From: a virus
Lineage: Duplodnaviria > Heunggongvirae > Uroviricota > Caudoviricetes
Length of the DNA stretch: 64,000 nucleotides
Reading direction: 5' to 3' (one strand)
IMG/VR virus record: IMGVR_UViG_3300032327_000093
Span: 5,215 to 69,214 of that record
Shown here in pieces: positions 1 to 8,141 of this stretch. Each line of letters opens with the position of its first letter. Positions within the stretch are counted from its first letter, which is position 1. The notes under the pieces are model-generated. The model was given only the letters and a program-made list of their open reading frames with translations, searched no databases and was not told where the DNA came from. A program made the position numbers and the translations under genes.

Positions 1-1404
1 CGTGAAGATACTAATGTGCGTGGACTAAAACCCGTACAGCAAGTAATCAAAGGTAAGGCTGTAAAGAAAGGTCCCTACGCTAATAGCATCACAGAAAGCA
101 AAGTAAACGAAGATGATTTGGCAGAACAAGACTTAATCGTTATCCCGGGACAAGGTAGATTAAGAAGAACTGGATTCGTTAAGCATGATATGGATCAGGG
201 TGAACATGAAGGGCACACATTAAAGAATAGTCTACACACTATTGCCCGTGCTGCTAGTGAATTAGATGAGAGATTGTCCGTTCAATCTGAATTCCCTGAG
301 TGGGTATCAGAGAAGATTGGCGCAGCAAAAGGCATGATGGTCAGTGTCATGGACTATCTAATCAGCAGCCAAGAGATGCAGCATGGTGCTATGGAAAGTA
401 CCAGTGGACTTGCATATGAAGATAGCGACGGTGGTGAACAGATGCTAGAGATGGCTATGGGAGAGTTGCGTAATATTGCAAAGAATTGCAAGCAGATACA
501 TGGTATGTTGAAGCAAGGTAAACAACTGGATACATGGGAATACAGTTATATCACAGTATCAAATGACCATATTGGTACAGTAGCAGATGTGTTAGCTACT
601 GATAGTGCCGACGGGGTGTCGGAGGCATTAAACTTAGATGATTTGAGAAAAGCAGCAGCAAGTTCCAGAAGTCCAGAAGATACTCAGGCTCTTAAACGCA
701 ATCCAGACTTTGCTAAAGTAATGCAAAAGAGTGTGAACAAACACAATAAAGCTGTAGTAAAAACTAAAAAAGATGTTGGCAGTAGAGTTGCTGATATTGG
801 TCCTGGTGGAAAAGAATATAACGTAAAGACTGATGCTGCATGGGATGCTGCTAAGAAAAGTGTAGACGAAGGTTGGAAAAGTAAAATTGGTGCTGCTGCA
901 CTGGCAGGCGCTGCCGCTTTAGGCGGAGGTGCAGCACATGCATCTGAGTTACCATCTATCATTGCTCAAATCACTTTTCAAGTAGATGGTAAAACAGTTA
1001 CTAAAGATATCAATCTTGGAACAGAATATCAAACTCCAGGACATGCGTCACAAGCGGTTAAAGATTTTATGAAATCTAAAGGTATAAAATACTATAATTT
1101 TAACTTACATCGTGCTGATGCTCAACCTTCTTTAGTTGACCCAGATGAAATGAATGCATCTAATCAAGAATATGAGAGACAATACAACTCGAATAATTTA
1201 AGTACTACACCATTTACAAGTAAAGGTGAGCAGTCTGCTAGGCTTCAACCAATGGCAAATGAAGGTGCTAAAGTAGATCGAATGGTCAAGCATGTAAAAC
1301 AATCTGAAAAGAAGTTAGGACATTCAAGTAAAGAGGCAGAGAACATTGCATGGGCAACTGCTAACAAGCGTGGCATGTTAGATAACAAAAACAAGAAAGC
1401 ATAA
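1..1404 (+). CDS. hypothetical protein, 5'-truncated at the window edge (reading frame is open from nt 1); has an Ala/Gly-rich central segment
   Basis: The ORF runs without a stop from the window start to 1404. The first in-frame codon listed in the track (GTG at 16) is not a true start. It sits immediately upstream of the CTS-like LysM gene, so it may be a virion-internal protein. Confidence 0.45.
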   Translation, partial: REDTNVRGLKPVQQVIKGKAVKKGPYANSITESKVNEDDLAEQDLIVIPGQGRLRRTGFVKHDMDQGEHEGHTLKNSLHTIARAASELDERLSVQSEFPEWVSEKIGAAKGMMVSVMDYLISSQEMQHGAMESTSGLAYEDSDGGEQMLEMAMGELRNIAKNCKQIHGMLKQGKQLDTWEYSYITVSNDHIGTVADVLATDSADGVSEALNLDDLRKAAASSRSPEDTQALKRNPDFAKVMQKSVNKHNKAVVKTKKDVGSRVADIGPGGKEYNVKTDAAWDAAKKSVDEGWKSKIGAAALAGAAALGGGAAHASELPSIIAQITFQVDGKTVTKDINLGTEYQTPGHASQAVKDFMKSKGIKYYNFNLHRADAQPSLVDPDEMNASNQEYERQYNSNNLSTTPFTSKGEQSARLQPMANEGAKVDRMVKHVKQSEKKLGHSSKEAENIAWATANKRGMLDNKNKKA

Positions 1405-1406
1405 TT

Positions 1407-3842
1407 ATGAGAACCAATGAATTTTTAGCAGAATTATCTAACGAAAAGCTAGCCAAATACAAAACTGCGGCTAGTGCTGACGCTACTAAAGCTGACAAAG
1501 AGGGAGACTTCAAAAAAGGCGATAAACGTTTCAAAGGTATCAATACTGCTACTAAGAAACAATTCGATAATGATGCCAAAAAAGTAACAGAAAATAAACA
1601 ATTTGTGTTAAATGAATCTTTATTGATGGAAGATCCTATCTATCGTCAATTCAAAAATGTTGGTAAGTATTTGTCTGAACGCAGACTTAGCAAAGAAGAA
1701 ATATATCAAATATTTGCTGATACTGAAGCTGACATGACAAATAAAGACACTGGTGCTAATCGTACAATGTTGGGTCGTGGCAAAGATGTAACAGGTAAAG
1801 CAGTAACAAGCGTTAAAGATTCTGTGTCAAACGTTTTGAATTCTATTCAAAATTCAGTTCCAGTATCAGCAGTTGATGTTGCATACGATCAAGCTACAGC
1901 TGCCTTAGGAAAAATGACAGGTGGTGAAAAAAGCAAGATAATGAAATCTATTATTGGATATCGTAATCTTGCTAAACAATATCCAAAAACAGCTGGCTTT
2001 GCTAAAGCAGCATTGGTTGCTGCTATTGGACTCGCTACCGGTGGAGCAGGACTTCCTGCTATAGCAGGACTAACTTACGCACTTGATAGTGCTATCAGAG
2101 GTGATAAGTTATCAAGTGTGATTGGTAAAGGAGCCGGCGCTGCTGCATTAGCATATGGTAGTCAAGCCTTAGCTTCTAAAGCTAACGCAGCAACTACACC
2201 AACAGGAGCTGATATACCCGGAGCAAATCCGCATCAATTAGACCCATCACAGATGCAACAACCTCCGGCAACTAATATACCCGGAGCAAATCCGCATCAA
2301 TTAGACCCATCACAATTTCAACCTACTCCTACTGATTTTCCCCCAGCTGCTAATGATATAGTAAAGACAGTTGCAAAAGGCGATACATTAAGTAATATTG
2401 CACAGCAAAATCAAACTAGTGTAGAAGTTTTAATGAGAGCAAATCCTCAAATAACTAATCCTAACGCATTAGCAATAGGAACTCAAGTTCATATTCCCCA
2501 AGTAAATGCACCTACATATCTACACGGTGTAGGAACTGCGAGTGATACCGCTGCTAAAACTGCGTCTGGTGCATATGATAGTGTACCAAAAGCATTAGGC
2601 AAACAAGTAGCAGCTACTAGAGGTGCTTGGACTGAAAGTATTTGGCAAGATAATATTCCTGCTAGAAATAAAAAAATTGTAGAATCAATTGCATTCAAAA
2701 AGTTATCGGCATATGATTTGATAGACAAAAAAACTACTGCGTTGAATTGGGCATTGAACGAAAGTATCGGTAATAAAACTAGAAATGTAAATTTAACTAC
2801 ATTAGGTGTATATACTATATTTGAAAATGTTGATCGTTATCGTCTTGCTGTAATGGAAGCAGAGGCTACCCCTCCTGAGCAATATCGTCCAGATCAACCA
2901 GGCGGCAAAGGCAAAGAAAGCAAACCCGGTATGATCGGAAGAGGGCTTAACTGGCTAGACAAAGCTGCCGGTAAAGTTGGTGGAGCATTAAGTAACTTTG
3001 GACATCAATTCACTACAAACGTCACAAAAGAAAAACTAAATATGAATTGGACTCAAGCAGGACAACCGAGTGATTCAGATCAATTAGCAGCTTTTATGAA
3101 AAAACAAGGTGTACCAGAAGAAGTAATCTCAACAGTATACACAAAAATGGGTCTACCGTTTACTATGACTCCAGCAGCAGCCACAGATACAGGTGGAGCA
3201 GGTGCTGGCGCATTTGGTAATATGGCAAATCAATTATCCGGAGCAAACAACAGCACAGCATCTACTGGAGGTTCAACATCAACTTCGGCGACAAATTCGG
3301 GTGGAACAGTAAATTCATTCACTGGTTCAGTGAATTCATATAAGAACGCAGGTCAAAGTAGTTTTCAACCGCGAGTAAGTGGTGGTGCAGCTTCTAGTAC
3401 AGGTAATACAGCACAACAGTCTCAACAAGCACAACAGCCGCAACAATCACAACAGCCGCAACAATCGCAGCAGCAACAAACAGAACCTAATACACCGCGT
3501 GAACAACAAGCGGTTACCCGTACAGTAAGACAACAGATTAATGATGTTATGCATACTATAATGACTCAACACAATGATGATCAACCTCCATTAGTAAAAT
3601 ATTTGCGTCAACAACTTGACAGTAGTTTTCCACCTGAAGTTGCAGCAACACCTAAAAGAGCAGCACGTAAAAGAGCAGCGCCTAAAGGAAAAAAACCTGA
3701 TAATACTATAGCAATGCCAAAGAAAGCTGAAAAATTTCGTGTGGGTAAAGATGTAATCACACCTGATAATCCTATGTATGATAAAATTAAAGCAGCTAGT
3801 GGAGTAAAAGAATCAGCAATATTAAAAGGCCTAAAAGGATAA
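1407..3842 (+). CDS. 811-aa LysM-domain protein with a CTS-like N-terminus (MRTNEFLAEL); putative encapsidated/ejected peptidoglycan-binding protein
   Basis: LysM signature VAKGDTLSNIAQQNQTSVEVLMRANPQI...GTQVHIP; Q/P-rich repeats (QQPQQSQQPQQSQQ; duplicated IPGANPHQLDPSQ); N-terminal decapeptide shared with ORFs 21174-22748(-), 23485-24909(-), 48319-48711 and 48708-49082. Confidence 0.55.
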   Translation: MRTNEFLAELSNEKLAKYKTAASADATKADKEGDFKKGDKRFKGINTATKKQFDNDAKKVTENKQFVLNESLLMEDPIYRQFKNVGKYLSERRLSKEEIYQIFADTEADMTNKDTGANRTMLGRGKDVTGKAVTSVKDSVSNVLNSIQNSVPVSAVDVAYDQATAALGKMTGGEKSKIMKSIIGYRNLAKQYPKTAGFAKAALVAAIGLATGGAGLPAIAGLTYALDSAIRGDKLSSVIGKGAGAAALAYGSQALASKANAATTPTGADIPGANPHQLDPSQMQQPPATNIPGANPHQLDPSQFQPTPTDFPPAANDIVKTVAKGDTLSNIAQQNQTSVEVLMRANPQITNPNALAIGTQVHIPQVNAPTYLHGVGTASDTAAKTASGAYDSVPKALGKQVAATRGAWTESIWQDNIPARNKKIVESIAFKKLSAYDLIDKKTTALNWALNESIGNKTRNVNLTTLGVYTIFENVDRYRLAVMEAEATPPEQYRPDQPGGKGKESKPGMIGRGLNWLDKAAGKVGGALSNFGHQFTTNVTKEKLNMNWTQAGQPSDSDQLAAFMKKQGVPEEVISTVYTKMGLPFTMTPAAATDTGGAGAGAFGNMANQLSGANNSTASTGGSTSTSATNSGGTVNSFTGSVNSYKNAGQSSFQPRVSGGAASSTGNTAQQSQQAQQPQQSQQPQQSQQQQTEPNTPREQQAVTRTVRQQINDVMHTIMTQHNDDQPPLVKYLRQQLDSSFPPEVAATPKRAARKRAAPKGKKPDNTIAMPKKAEKFRVGKDVITPDNPMYDKIKAASGVKESAILKGLKG

Positions 3843-3844
3843 TT

Positions 3845-4285
3845 ATGTTAACAGAAGATTTAAAAGTGTTATTGGCAAGTGTTAACTCACTATCTATCAA
3901 AGCACAAAACTTTCATTGGAATGTAGAGGGAGATAACTTTCCGCAATATCACGATTATCTTGCTAATTTCTATGAAGAAGTATACAGCGCAGTAGATAAA
4001 GTTGCTGAATATATTCGTACATTAGATAGTTATACTCCGGGTAGCTTAACACGCTATGCAGAGTTAACAATCATACAAGATCAACTTAAGATTCCTCGCG
4101 CTGAATTGATGTTTGCTGAATTATATGAAGATAATGCCAAAATGATTGAGCTACTCAATCATTGTTTTGTTTCAGCAACACAAGAAAACAAACAAGGTAT
4201 CGCTAACTTTATCGCTGAAAGGTTAGATGCACACGAGAAACATCAGTGGCAGCTTAGAAGCATTTTGAAAAAATCTAGGGCATAA
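3845..4285 (+). CDS. Dps/ferritin-like protein (DNA-protection-during-starvation family)
   Basis: FHWNVEGDNFPQYHDYLANFYEEVYSAVDKVAEYIRTL matches the Dps ferroxidase-site pattern (HW.V.G..F...H......Y.E.....D..AE); start overlaps the upstream stop (TAATTATG). Confidence 0.55.
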   Translation: MLTEDLKVLLASVNSLSIKAQNFHWNVEGDNFPQYHDYLANFYEEVYSAVDKVAEYIRTLDSYTPGSLTRYAELTIIQDQLKIPRAELMFAELYEDNAKMIELLNHCFVSATQENKQGIANFIAERLDAHEKHQWQLRSILKKSRA

Positions 4286-4286
4286 C

Positions 4287-4727
4287 ATGAAAAAAATAAT
4301 ATTATTATTGACATTGACAATACTATCTAGTGTTACATTAGCAGAAAAGCAAAAAGAAGGTGTAACATACGATGCTGTGATAACTAGAGTTATCGATGGT
4401 GATACTGTAGCCTTTCAAGCACCATTCTTACCTGACCCATTAAAGAAAGAATTGAGTATTCGTGTGTATGGTGTTGATACACCAGAAAAAGGGTTTAGAG
4501 CAAAATGTCCTAGCGAAGATCAAAGAGGTCAAGCAGCAACTGCTTTCACTAAGCATGCCATTGAAGTCGCAAACAAACGACAAGTCGTTCTCATGGATTG
4601 GGACAAGTATGGTGGTCGTGTGTTAGGTGATGTACTATTAAATGGACAAAGCCTTAGACAAATGCTAATTAGTCAAGGCTTTGCCCGAGAATACTACGGT
4701 GAAGCTAAAACCAGCTGGTGTAACTAA
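4287..4727 (+). CDS. secreted thermonuclease (staphylococcal-nuclease/SNase-like) with Sec signal peptide
   Basis: N-terminal MKKIILLLTLTILSSVTLA-EK signal; SNase motifs GDTVAF...VYGVDTPEKG and DKYGGRVLGDVLL. Confidence 0.7.
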   Translation: MKKIILLLTLTILSSVTLAEKQKEGVTYDAVITRVIDGDTVAFQAPFLPDPLKKELSIRVYGVDTPEKGFRAKCPSEDQRGQAATAFTKHAIEVANKRQVVLMDWDKYGGRVLGDVLLNGQSLRQMLISQGFAREYYGEAKTSWCN

Positions 4728-4773
4728 AATTTATTGTTGATAAAATACCACCTATTGTTTAACAAGTTTAAAA

Positions 4774-5976
4774 ATGACTGAAACATTTTGTATATTACCA
4801 TGGATGTCCATGGCAACTAATCCTAAGGGCGAACTAAGAGTATGTTGCAATAGCACTGATAGTACTCCTGGAGCTATTAGTAATCTCATTACTAGACACG
4901 ACAATACTCCTTATCATATATTAGACGATGATATTGATAATTTTTGGAATAGTAAAATCTTAAAAAATTTAAGAAAAGATTTCCTTAATAATGTGAAACC
5001 AAAAATATGTCGCCAATGTTTTAGCTTAGAATCTTTTGGAATAACATCCCCTAGACAATTTTGTAATCAAAAATGGATGTTTGATTACGAACCTAGTATC
5101 ACCCCTCCTGTTATTATTAAATACATAGATATACGATTGGGAAATTTATGCAATTTAAAATGCAGAATGTGTAATCCATATTCAAGTAACCAATGGATCG
5201 AAGAATGGGGATTGGTGAAAGAACCATTGGATGATAAAACCAAAACACAATTATTTAAAATGGATTGGCCTAATAATGACAAGGTGTCTGAAAATTTATT
5301 GAAGTTTGCTAATACAATAGAAGAAATATACTTAACTGGAGGTGAACCAACTCTAGCTACAAGTCAATATATATTGTTTGATAAATTAATTGAATTGAAT
5401 GTAGCTAAAAATATTACTCTGAAGTACAATACCAATTGCACAAATTTACCAAAAAAAATGATTGACTATTGGAAACACTTTAAAAAAATTTCGCTGAATG
5501 CTAGTGTAGATGCATATGGAGACCTCAATAGGTATATAAGATACCCAACTGGATGGAGTTTAGTTGAAACTAATTTAATGAAATTTAAAGAATTATCGCA
5601 TGAAAATATAAATTTAGCAATACATATTACGGTTCAAATGTATAATATATTACACCTAGACAAATTATTAGAGTTTTTAAATATGCACCAAATAAACAAT
5701 ATTTATTTAAGTATACTAGATCACCCATCATGCTTAAACATTAAATTATTACCAGTTGAATTGAAAGAATTAGCTAGAGATAGATTACAGCCGTTTATGC
5801 ACATTCACAGAGTTAAAAACATTATAGATTATATGTTATCTGAAGATTTAAGTTTACGACTTAGCGCATTTAAAATGTATACACTGGCACTTGATAAAAG
5901 TAGAAATGAATCGATTTTAGATTTGGTTCCAGAAATGAAAGATATATTTAATACTAAAGATAATAGTTCACACTAA
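4774..5976 (+). CDS. radical SAM enzyme (CxxxCxxC) with extra N-terminal Cys motif; substrate unknown
   Basis: GNLCNLKCRMCNP is a canonical CX3CX2C radical SAM cluster motif; N-terminal CILPW...RVCC cysteine motif; GGEPTL SAM-binding-like segment. Confidence 0.55.
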   Translation: MTETFCILPWMSMATNPKGELRVCCNSTDSTPGAISNLITRHDNTPYHILDDDIDNFWNSKILKNLRKDFLNNVKPKICRQCFSLESFGITSPRQFCNQKWMFDYEPSITPPVIIKYIDIRLGNLCNLKCRMCNPYSSNQWIEEWGLVKEPLDDKTKTQLFKMDWPNNDKVSENLLKFANTIEEIYLTGGEPTLATSQYILFDKLIELNVAKNITLKYNTNCTNLPKKMIDYWKHFKKISLNASVDAYGDLNRYIRYPTGWSLVETNLMKFKELSHENINLAIHITVQMYNILHLDKLLEFLNMHQINNIYLSILDHPSCLNIKLLPVELKELARDRLQPFMHIHRVKNIIDYMLSEDLSLRLSAFKMYTLALDKSRNESILDLVPEMKDIFNTKDNSSH

Positions 5977-5984
5977 ATATCAGT

Positions 5985-6437
5985 ATGAGCATGATAAAAT
6001 TAGGTAAATTAATAGGTGATTGGAGTAACATCAATGATGTATTACTGCAACAAGTGAATACTCTATTCAAACTTAGAGATTCTACGACTTTTTTGGATAT
6101 ACAAAAACCAAATCAAGTATGTCCCTTTATCAAAGATGATTTGACACATTATAATATAGACCAACCTTTTACTATTAAAAGAATTTTTATTCATTTAACA
6201 GATTGGGAACCTGGACATTTTTATAGTATTGACAGTAAAATTCATACTAACTGGAGTGCAGGTGATGTATATGAATTTGATTGGCACAATGGTTCTTATG
6301 CTAGCGCAAATGCAGGCTCTGCTGACAGAACCATACTACACTTAACTGGCATAATAACCGAAGAATCTAATGAATTTTTGGCTAGACTAAAAAGATTTGA
6401 CACATACGCACTTGAACTTAAAGAAAGTTCTTGGTAA
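5985..6437 (+). CDS. hypothetical protein (possible cupin/Fe-oxygenase-like H-x-D...H pattern)
   Basis: ORF with IHLTDWEPGH...H pattern; immediately downstream of the radical SAM gene; weak. Confidence 0.3.
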   Translation: MSMIKLGKLIGDWSNINDVLLQQVNTLFKLRDSTTFLDIQKPNQVCPFIKDDLTHYNIDQPFTIKRIFIHLTDWEPGHFYSIDSKIHTNWSAGDVYEFDWHNGSYASANAGSADRTILHLTGIITEESNEFLARLKRFDTYALELKESSW

Positions 6438-6439
6438 GA

Positions 6440-6480
6440 ACACACCTTAGGGCCGTGTGGCCGGCTGCTGGCCAACGAAT
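6440..6480. other. GC-rich hairpin-forming intergenic element (possible terminator or structured RNA)
   Basis: ccttagggccgtgtggccggctgctggcc: a locally GC-rich self-complementary segment (GGCC...GGCC) in an otherwise AT-rich genome, located in a 98-nt intergenic gap. Confidence 0.3.
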
Positions 6481-6534
6481 AGGAATCGCTACCCATTTAG
6501 TTCGTTAAAGTGAGCACCTTTTGATAAATACATA

Positions 6535-7197
6535 ATGCTTACTGAACACATTATTATTGAATCCGCTGCCAATGAATTAGCAAAAAGATTGCCGTCATTA
6601 CAAAAACATGACTACACTACTATTGACAAGTTGATGCAGCAAATTGCTAGCAAACATCGTATCACTGGTAAAGCATTACATGACTTGTTTGTTCATAAAT
6701 TCAAACGTTCACCTGATGAATGGGTCAAAGGTAAACTTGACGAACAACAGATGAGTGTAGATCAGGTAGCAGGATTAAGAAAGGTTCGACCAAGACATGT
6801 TCCTAATCAGCATGAATTATCAGAAGATGATGAACCAGACTTCCTAGAAGATAATCCAATAATGCAGAAATTTATCAAATGGGCTAGCAATGAATTAAAC
6901 TTAAAGTCTACACCCAAATTTGAATTCAGTTACAATACCGAAGAAGCACAAGCTGGGCATCATACTGGTAGACATAAAGATAGTGACAATAGCGTTTGGG
7001 TATATGTAGCCAATCGCAATATGGTTGATATCATGCGTACTGTTTACCATGAACTTACCCATGTACGTCAGGGTGAATTGAATATGATTAAACCTGGTGA
7101 CAGTTATCCGGGTAGCCCAATTGAGATGTTAGCTGACATGACAGCGGGCAAAGCAATGAAGATATTCGGCAAAAATCACCCAGAAATCTTTCAATAA
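6535..7197 (+). CDS. hypothetical protein with HExxH motif (VYHELTHVRQGE)
   Basis: ORF; the Zn-metallopeptidase-like HELTH motif resembles the motif in ORF 39580-39999 (AHELVHVKQF). Confidence 0.4.
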   Translation: MLTEHIIIESAANELAKRLPSLQKHDYTTIDKLMQQIASKHRITGKALHDLFVHKFKRSPDEWVKGKLDEQQMSVDQVAGLRKVRPRHVPNQHELSEDDEPDFLEDNPIMQKFIKWASNELNLKSTPKFEFSYNTEEAQAGHHTGRHKDSDNSVWVYVANRNMVDIMRTVYHELTHVRQGELNMIKPGDSYPGSPIEMLADMTAGKAMKIFGKNHPEIFQ

Positions 7198-7200
7198 AAT

Positions 7201-7223
7201 AGTTTCTATGCTATACTGCATAG
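7201..7223 (+). promoter_or_regulatory. extended -10 promoter (TGcTATACT) embedded in an inverted repeat CTATGC-tatact-GCATAG; essentially leaderless start of the 7224 gene
   Basis: ctatgcTATACTgcatag lies immediately before ATG 7224. The same tatgcTATAAT architecture is found at 17217-17237 and 41263-41280. Confidence 0.35.
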
Positions 7224-7832
7224 ATGCTAAAACTGCTCTTTCCATTACCAAAAGAAATCGTTATCGCATTTAGTGGCGGTGTTGATAGTGTTGCTATCAC
7301 AGATTTCCTTTCACAAAAACATAAGGTAACTTGTGCTTTCTTCCATCATGGAACAGAGAATAGTGAACGAGCATTAGAATTTGTTGCTAAATTCTGCACC
7401 GAACGTAATCTTCCACTTATGATTGGATTGATTAAGAATCAGAAGCCAAAAGAACTTAGCACAGAAGAATATTGGCGAAATGAACGCTATGACTTCTTAG
7501 ATAGTTTTGGTGATTCATTGGGTCCAGTAATCACTGGGCATCATTTGGATGACTGTGTAGAAACATATCTTTGGTCATCACTTCACGGACAACCAAAAGT
7601 TATTCCATCAAAAAGAAACAATGTTGTACGCCCATTTCTAACTACACACAAAAGTGAATTTACAAATTGGTGCGAACGAAAAGATATCAATTGGTGTCAC
7701 GACAATAGCAATGATGACACAAAATATATGCGTAACTATGTAAGAACACATCTCATGCCACACGCATTACATATTAACCCAGGATTGCATACTGTGGTTA
7801 AAAAGATTGTAGAAAGTCAGCAAAATGTTTGA
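7224..7832 (+). CDS. PP-loop ATPase, TilS (tRNA(Ile)-lysidine synthetase) N-domain-like; alternatively a QueC-like amidotransferase-type ATP pyrophosphatase
   Basis: SGGVDS PP-loop (IAFSGGVDSVAI) plus GHHLDDCVETYLWSSLHG, which matches the TilS HHxDDQxET signature; only 202 aa (N-domain only). Confidence 0.5.
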   Translation: MLKLLFPLPKEIVIAFSGGVDSVAITDFLSQKHKVTCAFFHHGTENSERALEFVAKFCTERNLPLMIGLIKNQKPKELSTEEYWRNERYDFLDSFGDSLGPVITGHHLDDCVETYLWSSLHGQPKVIPSKRNNVVRPFLTTHKSEFTNWCERKDINWCHDNSNDDTKYMRNYVRTHLMPHALHINPGLHTVVKKIVESQQNV

Positions 7833-7880
7833 CTTTACTACGCACGGCATGTATACTAAATTACTTAACAAGGAGAAATT

Positions 7881-8141
7881 ATGACAGCAAAAATATTTAC
7901 AGGTGAACAAAAAATTAAACTGGTTCAATTGGTGAATGAGGGCATGGTAGTATTACATGAAATCGATACCCTACGTGAGGGTCTAAGTGATACTGTAAAG
8001 GCTATCGCAGAAGAACTAGAAGTAAAGCCTAGCATTCTTAAGAAGGCAATATCTGTCGCACACAAAGCAAGTCTTGGTCAAACAAACGCTGACCACGAAG
8101 AACTAAACACAATCTTGGAAACTGTAGGTAAGACACTTTGA
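7881..8141 (+). CDS. hypothetical small protein (86 aa)
   Basis: ORF with a strong RBS (aaggagaaattATG); its stop overlaps the polymerase start. Confidence 0.4.
   Translation: MTAKIFTGEQKIKLVQLVNEGMVVLHEIDTLREGLSDTVKAIAEELEVKPSILKKAISVAHKASLGQTNADHEELNTILETVGKTL

Noticed and set aside
684-3000. Antisense ORFs 684-962, 1361-1579 and 2489-2728, and similar short minus-strand ORFs throughout (e.g. 8078-8443, 9128-9382, 10046-10339, 16077-16437, 27396-27725, 42204-42533)
   Set aside because: They are fully embedded antisense to well-supported plus-strand genes. They lack an RBS, and their composition is typical of shadow ORFs.
6440-6534. Possible tRNA in the GC-rich intergenic region
   Set aside because: I could not find an acceptor stem/T-arm (GTTCRA) arrangement consistent with a cloverleaf. 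Reported only as a hairpin.
7224-7832. Calling this gene queC to complete the preQ0 pathway
   Set aside because: The HHLDDxxET motif is a TilS signature, and QueC's characteristic C-terminal Cys4 zinc site is not evident. It was kept as a TilS-like PP-loop with QueC-like function only as a hypothesis.
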